A stretch of 16,790 nucleotides of DNA, taken from the NCBI GenBank assembly GCA_030141605.1, contig JAQGDQ010002046.1, positions 1 through 16,790 of the forward strand. The letters are read 5' to 3'. Within the stretch, counting starts at the first letter, position 1, and each line of letters opens with the position of its first letter. The stretch comes from Tubiluchus corallicola. Lineage: Eukaryota > Animalia > Priapulida. Below the pieces are notes generated by a model, which was not told the origin of the DNA, searched no databases, and saw only the letters and a program-made list of their open reading frames with translations. Positions 9,351 through 16,790 of the stretch are shown here, piece by piece. Both the position numbers and the translations under genes were made by a program.

Positions 9351-9385
9351 CCTCTCTCGCGCCTTTGTTCTCTAACTATATTTTC

Positions 9386-9440
<55 letters not shown>

Positions 9441-9495
9441 CCCCCTCTCTCGCGCCTTTGTTCTCTAACTATATTTTCCTCTTTTTCTCTCTCTG

Positions 9496-9552
<57 letters not shown>

Positions 9553-9556
9553 CTTC
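9186..9556. repeat. (CT)n microsatellite region with an internal duplicated interruption
   Basis: Long CT runs; ccctctctcgcgcctttgttctctaactatattttcctcttt occurs twice (about 9349 and 9443). Confidence 0.95.
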
Positions 9557-9609
9557 CTCGCTGTCTCCTCTCAAGGACGTCAATTGATACATCGAAAGCA
9601 TCTTTATAG

Positions 9610-9619
9610 GAGAGAGAGA

Positions 9620-9693
<74 letters not shown>
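9610..9693. repeat. (GA)n-(GT)n-(GA)n compound microsatellite
   Basis: Direct reading. Confidence 0.97.
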
Positions 9694-9695
<2 letters not shown>

Positions 9696-10539
9696 AGACT
9701 GTACTCTGGCTGTTCTCCCATGACAAATCTTGATTTTAACCTGGCAATAAAATGGCTAAGAATGAAAGTTTTATATCTTTGCGCATAGATGTCAAAATTT
9801 TGGCGTGAGAAATGGCAACAGGTGAGCAAATTTAAAGGAAAACCAGACCGAATCTTAAACTGTAGGTCAAAACAACCTGCTCTTTAAAACATTGAAAGAA
9901 ACATACCATTTTTTCAAAAGTGACTTACGTTAAAGAATTATTACCACACAAACATAAGTTCACGTTCGCGCCACTAGTTCTTCACTGTTACATGGATTTT
10001 GCCATTCGCTAGTTAGACGGGCCCTAGCACCTGCATTTCGGAGATTGCCTAAAAAGACAGGTGCTGTACCTCTCAGCTCAGACGTGTTAGTTTCTGACGA
10101 ACTACACACTTTCGACAGACTGTAGCTTAAGCACCGGCGGACTTTGAATCTAGATTATCTTCCTAGTCTGATTTGAGTGTGACGTATGCGTGCGATGCGT
10201 GCGTGCGTGCGTGCGACTTGTAGTGTTTCAGAGGCTTAACCCAGAATGCGGGTCAATTCTCAATTCGCCACACAAGTCTTTCATTTTTCCGCTGAACTTT
10301 GCCTTGCAGATAAAGAAATTCTTCTTTCTTTCAAGTCTAACATCGTGCCACGTCTGTTTGCCTACGACTTGTCTACTTTTCTCAAGCTCCACGTCTCTTT
10401 ATAGGATAAGACAGCAGAATAAAGAAGTATTACGTTGGTTAAGATTTCTTAGATACACAAACTGAGTACTGATTGGGTGGTTACTCTAGTTTTTTTCAAT
10501 CGAGCAAGGTCACGTGTTCATGAAAATTTCAGAGGAAGT

Positions 10540-10834
<295 letters not shown>

Positions 10835-10872
10835 ACACAGAAAAGGGAGGGAGGTAGGGAGGGAGAGAGAAT

Positions 10873-11005
10873 ATGATGATGATGATGATGATGATGATAA
10901 GTCTTTATTAGCCTCTTTTTGCAGGCAAAAATTTCTGTACTAACATTATACAATTTTACACAGACACTAGAGTGTATTCTACAATATTACATTTACTCAT
11001 TCTAT
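10873..11005 (-). mobile_element. Retroposon 3'-tail fragment, copy 2, with (ATC)n tail
   Basis: Minus strand ends gctaataaagacttatcatcatcatcatcatc: AATAAA followed by a trinucleotide tail, as in CR1/L2-group 3' ends. Shares tttattagcctctttttg(c/t)aggcaaaaatttctgtactaacatta with copy 1. Confidence 0.6.
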
Positions 11006-11130
11006 AATTGGCTTTTTTAATTTGTATGATTATTTACAGTGAAGTTAAACAAGAAATATTAAATTGAATGCTAAAATCAAGGTTATTAATACAGCAAGTT
11101 TCCTGTGAAGTAACATAAAAATGCATAAAT

Positions 11131-12020
11131 TACAGAAAGGGGGCAAAATGGGATCTTTCGTAGAAAAAAGCTGTATGATTAAGATTAAGATTAAGATTAG
11201 GGGATTGAGATTAAGATTAAGAAAAAGATTAAGGAATTAAGTTTTGGATTAAGGCAGGTGTGTGCAAATTATCCGATTAGCCGGGCCACATTAAACTTTC
11301 CTGCAATTTCTGCGGGCCACAGGCAGTTTGATCAAGGAGCCAAGTACAGTATGGCCTAATAATGATTTTTTTGCATCCGACCTGCGTACATCATTACTAC
11401 TACACTCAAGAAACTGTTTTAGAAGTTATTAAAATTTATATTACAAACCATATATTTCTACTTTCAGAACAGATAGTGGTAATTTCATTACAATGCATAT
11501 TAGTAATGTGTATCGCACAGTTTGTGTAGTACAGTGACATTAAGCTACAACAGTCTAATAAGGGTTAAAGGCATCAGATCTAGTAGAAAAAACTACCTGC
11601 ACTATCTTTGGGATAGTGGCACGGACTTCAGCTAGATACACTCAATTAATCGCCCGGGCCGCACTTTCATTAGGTTGACAAATCTCTTCGCGGGCCGCAC
11701 AAATTCTCTCGGCGGGCCGCAATTTGCACACCCCTGGATTAAGGGATCAAGATTCCACAGAAAGGGGGACAAAATGGGATATTTTGTCACGAATACGATA
11801 TGCAGAAATAAAATTATGGAGAAAAATCTGTATGATTAAGATTGAGATTAAGATTAAGGGATTAAGATTTGGATTAAGGGATCACGATTCCACAGAAAGG
11901 GGGACAAAATGGGATCTTTTGTCACGAATACGATATGCAGAAATAAAATTATGGAGAAAAATCTGTATGATTAAGATTGAGATTAAGATTAAGGGATTAA
12001 GATTTGGATAAAGGGATTAA
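11131..12020 (+). repeat. 135-bp tandem repeat (about 3 copies, gattaa-rich), interrupted by the hAT MITE
   Basis: gattccacagaaagggggacaaaatgggat at 11751 and 11886 (period 135); diverged first copy acagaaagggggcaaaatgggatc at 11132. Confidence 0.9.
11255..11736. mobile_element. Non-autonomous hAT (Charlie-like) MITE, 482 bp
   Basis: 16-bp TIRs caggtgtgtgcaaatt / aatttgcacacccctg (15/16 match). Perfect 8-bp TSD gattaagg at 11247-11254 and 11737-11744. Subterminal cgggcc(a/g)ca motifs, two at the left end and three at the right. Confidence 0.93.
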
Positions 12021-13220
12021 TATTTTATAAACATTTAATTTGCGTTTCACTCTTTCGAGGAGCTGACTTGAAAAATCTCAACCATTCAATTATGAAACAA
12101 ATTTTTTTTGCAATTTAATACTATACCTTTTTGATTACTTATTTGTTGGTAAAAATCAATAATTTCGAACTCGAAAACCACTTTGTGTTCGATGTTATGA
12201 TTGTAATGAAGGTTTTCGCGGAAGTGCTTAATTAAGCAATGCGCATGCGTGAAATAATTGCTGACAAATTTGAGTAAAATTCTGAATGCATACAATAAAA
12301 TGGCTCCTCTCACTTTCCGTTTATAGTAGCTTCTCTGTACAGTAGACAATAAGTCGGCAGTAGTATGAACGTGTAGCCTGCTGACAGGTTAATTACTAAA
12401 ACGGTGTCTTGTAATCAGGAATGACAAGAGGGCGCCGTTTAACCTCCTAGATCAGAAAGGTGAACGAAACGAAAATGGGAGACTAACATGGCGGGTTAAA
12501 GATGCATTCTTTTGCCTAATTATCGCGTCATGGACGTACCAAAAACCACAACAGTGCCCCTTTGGTGTGCGTGTGGATAACGTCAGTCTGTTTGTTTGAC
12601 TGTGTACGAAGCGTGCAATTATCTGTCGTCTGGTGTGAACTAGGCCTTATAGTTCAGCCAGTGTTGTTGACTTGTTTTTATGTTGGCAAATAAAAATGTA
12701 GTCAAACTTGCCATATTGTTGTAGAAGAAGAATTTATTTTGTAATAAATTTTATAACAGAAAGAGAAGAAACCTTTGCAATTTAATAGATATTATTTTAT
12801 TCGTGTAGCAGGCAAGTAGGCAGGCATGCAGACAGTCAAGAAGGTAAGATAAAAGCGGTCAGACAAGCTGCATGATTGTCAGTTATTTTTTATTTATTTT
12901 TATTCATAATGCATCTGTGAACAGAAGTCAAGAGACTTATTTGTCCACTAAAACATCGTAAGACATATCGACAATGTATAGAAAGTAAAATTACAGCTGA
13001 AAGTACAGAATACGTAGTACATGGTTTGTACAATATAAACACATATGTGAAAATAAATTAAAAATGCAGGTGCAAAAGATAAAAACTTGATGAGTACGAT
13101 AAAACTTGTATAATTATAATAAAAAATTTACATATTACATCATTTATCAGTGTAATGTACCCTCACCTCATACAAATGTTCCGTTCCTATAGCTATGTTA
13201 TTTATTTTGCAAAAACACAA

Positions 13221-13252
13221 ATATATATATTTATATTGTATGTATATATATG

Positions 13253-13297
<45 letters not shown>
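13221..13297. repeat. (TA)n microsatellite
   Basis: Direct reading. Confidence 0.95.
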
Positions 13298-13299
<2 letters not shown>

Positions 13300-13517
13300 C
13301 GAAAGGAATTCAATTCAAATTTTTTATTTCAGTAAGTAAGACCATTTAAAATACAAACACAATATTAAAATGAAATAAAAATTGTAAAAGTAAATATATA
13401 TAAATATATATTTATATATATTTACTTTTGTAATTTTTATTTCATTTTAATATTGTATTTGTATTTTAAATGGTCTTACTTGCCGAAATAAAAAATTTGA
13501 ATTGAACAGCTTTCGAT
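13298..13517. repeat. 220-bp AT-rich palindrome with no spacer
   Basis: Centre at 13407/13408 (taaatat|atattta); 110-bp arms pair without gaps, 8 mismatches by manual count. Confidence 0.95.
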
Positions 13518-14112
13518 TCTGTCACGTTCTCGACAATTCCAAAGTGACTCTTTAAGATACCGAGTGAGCCTTAAATATTCGTTGAACTTTAAAATGAAGA
13601 GGAAACTCACATTCGTTGAGAGATGGTTTTCTGCTGCTGTATCTTACAGCATCATTTTTAAAATGAGTAGGTTCTGACCCCGCCACAGCATAGTACTTTG
13701 AGCAAGTTCTTCTACTAAGTGCTGAAATGTATGCAAATATCCATAGGAAATATTTAGTCTTTACCGTTTTACCCCAAAGTTCTGTTCTTTCACCCGTGTT
13801 TACATGTTAAACTCTGTTATCTACAATTAAACGATAAATTTAAAGTTCAACAAAGAGATACTTTCTCACTCTCGCCAACGGATGGCGCTGCGTGTCTCTG
13901 ATTAGTTAATTGCCACAGGAAGAAGTGATATCGCGCGATGTGTAAAAACGCGCAACAATACATTGCTGTAATTAGTCCGTAATTAAAGTCTTGAGTAATT
14001 AGACTTGAGTCTTGAGTTGTCTTGAGTAATTAGTGTATTGAACCATTATGAGCATTAACCCTTATAGGGTCACGATTTTTTACTATTTTATTGTTTCGTT
14101 AGAATTAGAACT

Positions 14113-14163
14113 GAGTGCTAAAATTAGAACTAGAAGGCTTATTACATGGGTAGGACATTAATT
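14113..14163 (+). repeat. Diverged solitary fragment of the RTE/92-bp unit
   Basis: gagtgctaaaattagaactagaaggcttattacatgggtaggacattaat resembles the unit junction gagcactaaaatcagaatcagaagactaagatgggtaggacatttaat. Confidence 0.65.
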
Positions 14164-14688
14164 GTATTTTAAGTTATTATGTAGACTGTCTCTCAATCAA
14201 GTACTCATTAATAAACAACTTATACTAGAATCAACTATACGTATTGCTGTAATAACTGTAATACTACAGTAATTGTATTAATTCCACGTGTATTGGATTT
14301 CTGAATTAAGTAGCAACATTGTACATAACAATGTACAACTTACACTTTGCATGGGCTTATAGGCTTATGTACATCGAGAATCGTTTCTGTAATCGTATCT
14401 ATTGTCTGGGTTTTGTAAATTTCAATTAAGTATTAACTAATGAACTAGTCGTATTTTTGAATTAACTATTCTGAGTTATTACATACTCGAACTAACCAAT
14501 TGTGTATTTCATCACTGCATATAGTGGAAATACTGTGATCAGTAATCGTTACTGTGTTGTAAATCCACTCAAAATAAATAAAGTTTATATATATATACAC
14601 ACACAAAAGGCCATATATATATATATAACAGAAGGCAAAAAGGATTTTCAATGTACAATGAAAGCATACAGTCATTTCACTTTTTATT

Positions 14689-14892
14689 TCTGGAGTCAAA
14701 CGGACACGACCCTCCTAATCACTTTACTCCGTGCTGCCCTGCCACCCGCAGCATCTCATATCTCTGGAGTCACACGTCCTCTGACACGACCCTCCTAATC
14801 ACGTTACTCCATGCTCCCCTGTCACCCGCAGCATCCCATGTCTCTGGAGTCACACTTCCTCTGACACGACCCTCCTAATCACTTTACTCCAT
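14689..14892 (+). repeat. 80-bp GC-richer tandem repeat, about 2.5 copies
   Basis: gacacgaccctcctaatcac at 14703, 14783 and 14863. Confidence 0.93.
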
Positions 14893-15904
14893 TACTGCTT
14901 AAAGGTTATTTATTTGTATTTAAAAAAATTACAAGACACAATAACTGTGAATTAAGGGAGCACGATTTCTATACGAAACCTGCAAGCTTTAGCGTTTCTG
15001 GAATCACCGAGCTAACAGTGAGCAATAAAACCCGCATTCGTATCATTGTGCACCTTTGTGTATAAACATTACTGTCTATTTCAATACAGACTTTCCTGTA
15101 TAGAAATGAAATTGCTCTAAACCTTTTCACAGAGGCGAAGTTTTTACCGTGGAAATGACGACAATTCTCAATAACAACGGGCACGATTATATCTCTCTCA
15201 CTTGACGGGTCTTTGTATATAAGTTAATTGCCGCACATTAATGCATTAAAACCCAACAATAAAGGCAAATGTACAATGAAAATTAGGCCGCGAATTTGAG
15301 GCATAAGGCGTTCGTAGGGGGCTGCAATCTCCACTTGAAATTGACCGTAACGTTTTCGGGTTAGGGCTCATTCTCACTGACTGAATGCGTTTGTGTGAAC
15401 ACGCGTAATAGACGCCATAACGCATAATCTGTTAATTGCCGAAAATTGGCGAAAATTGTCGAAAATCGACGAGGATGGTGTGTTTTTCATCAAAGCGATT
15501 TTCAAGACGTAATAATTTACACAAACATCGCGCGGATACTTCAAGGTTACCTCATAATAAAGTTTCGGAGAAGAATTTCCGGTCAAGTATTAGATGACTA
15601 ATGTATGTGGAATGTTTCACCTCCGGAAGTGAAATAGCAACAAATATTTCTCTTTTCAAGACCTAATCGGTATTTGTAGATACAACAGGGTATATATTAG
15701 GATATAGTAAATTTTTAATTCAAACTCCGTTGCGCCATCTTTGTAATTTACACGAAATCTGTCGCTAACCTTGCTGCGTTTTTGTAAGCCTTTTCACAGT
15801 TCCAGCAATTGATAATAATGGTGAAAAGGTCAAAGGTTAAGTGTGCCAGACAACACATCCCGCTAGTAAATCACGCTATCAACAGACTTGTAGTAAAACT
15901 TGTA

Positions 15905-16551
15905 ACTATAACTACACAAGCTGACAAGTTTTACTACAAAATTACATTAGACATTAGCAACATTTACAGTAAGAATAGACTATAACTACACAAGCTGACA
16001 AGTTTTACTACAAAATTACATTAGACATTAGTAATATTTACAGTAAGAATAGACTATAACTACACAAGCTGACAAGTTTTACTACAAAATTACATTAGAC
16101 ATTAGTAACATATACAGTAAGAATAGACTATAACTACACAAACTAACAAGTTTTACTACAATATTACATTAGACATTAGTAACATTTACAGTAAGAATTG
16201 ACTATAACTACACAAGCTGACAAGTTTTACTACAAGATTACATTAGATATTAGTAACATTTACAGTAAGAATAGACTATAACTACACAAGCTGACAAGTT
16301 TTACTACAAGATTACATTAGACATTAGTAACATTTACAGTAAGAATAGACTATAACTACACAAGCTGACAAGTTTTACTACAAGATTACATTAGACATTA
16401 GTAACATTTACAGTAAGAATAGACTATAACTACACAAGCTGACAAGTTTTACTACAAGATTACATTAGACATTAGTAACATTTACAGTAAGAATTGACTA
16501 TAACTACACAAGCTGACAAGTTTTACTACAAGATTACATTAGACATTAGTA
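15905..16551 (+). repeat. 74-bp tandem repeat, about 8.7 copies
   Basis: actataactacacaagctgacaagttttactacaa starts at 15905, 15979, 16053 ... 16497. Confidence 0.97.
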
Positions 16552-16790
16552 GAAAATGACGGTTAGAAAGTATTAATGTACGATTATTTAAGACTGATGC
16601 ATTTCATATCAGATAGAAACTACTGGAAGCGTTTAGTACGTAATATAAAGTCTTGTATGCATTGGAATATTTTACAGTTAGCAACATAGTTAAATTCATC
16701 TTTTCCGAATAATAACAACTTCAACAGATCATTAGTTCCTAAGGCAGCTATATTAAGGTTTTCGGGCAGAAGTATTTCATGTTACTAATG

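Noticed and set aside
11724-12011. 95-aa ORF with an internal 45-aa duplication
   Set aside because: It starts inside the MITE TIR and simply reads the 135-bp tandem repeat, whose length is a multiple of 3.
12625-12650. gtctggtgtgaactaggcct resembles a PIF/Harbinger-type terminus
   Set aside because: I found no matching inverted partner or TSD in the window.
14952-15840. ttaagggagcacg as a possible TTAA-targeting transposon end, followed by a CpG-richer region
   Set aside because: No complementary terminus and no recognisable coding motif found.
15905-16551. CRISPR-like regular repeat
   Set aside because: The whole 74-bp unit repeats; there are no variable spacers.

Overview
AT-rich, repeat-dense eukaryotic DNA, most likely an invertebrate animal. 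I found no prokaryotic genes, RNA genes or CRISPR arrays, and almost all ORFs in the supplied track are by-products of repeats. The first 4.8 kb is a compound rearrangement. (i) A 5'-truncated RTE-clade LINE 3' end with a (GAA)n-type tail lies at 1774-2122. (ii) A 12.5-copy, 92-bp tandem array made from that LINE's coding sequence (2701-3850) is bracketed by a 137-bp direct repeat. (iii) An apparently exact inverted duplication of at least 1252 bp (1-1252 vs 3582-4833) has a 6-bp microhomology at its junction. The rest holds a CR1/L2-group LINE 3' end (7481-8140), an internally deleted pogo-superfamily element (8544-8967), a hAT MITE with a perfect 8-bp TSD inserted into a 135-bp array (11255-11736), two minus-strand retroposon tails, a zero-spacer 220-bp AT-rich palindrome, several minisatellites (~140, ~31, 135, 80 and 74 bp) and microsatellites. 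A few candidate minus-strand exons are noted at low confidence. I cannot support a new protein-based system; the most notable signal is the satellite born from LINE coding sequence and its surrounding architecture.
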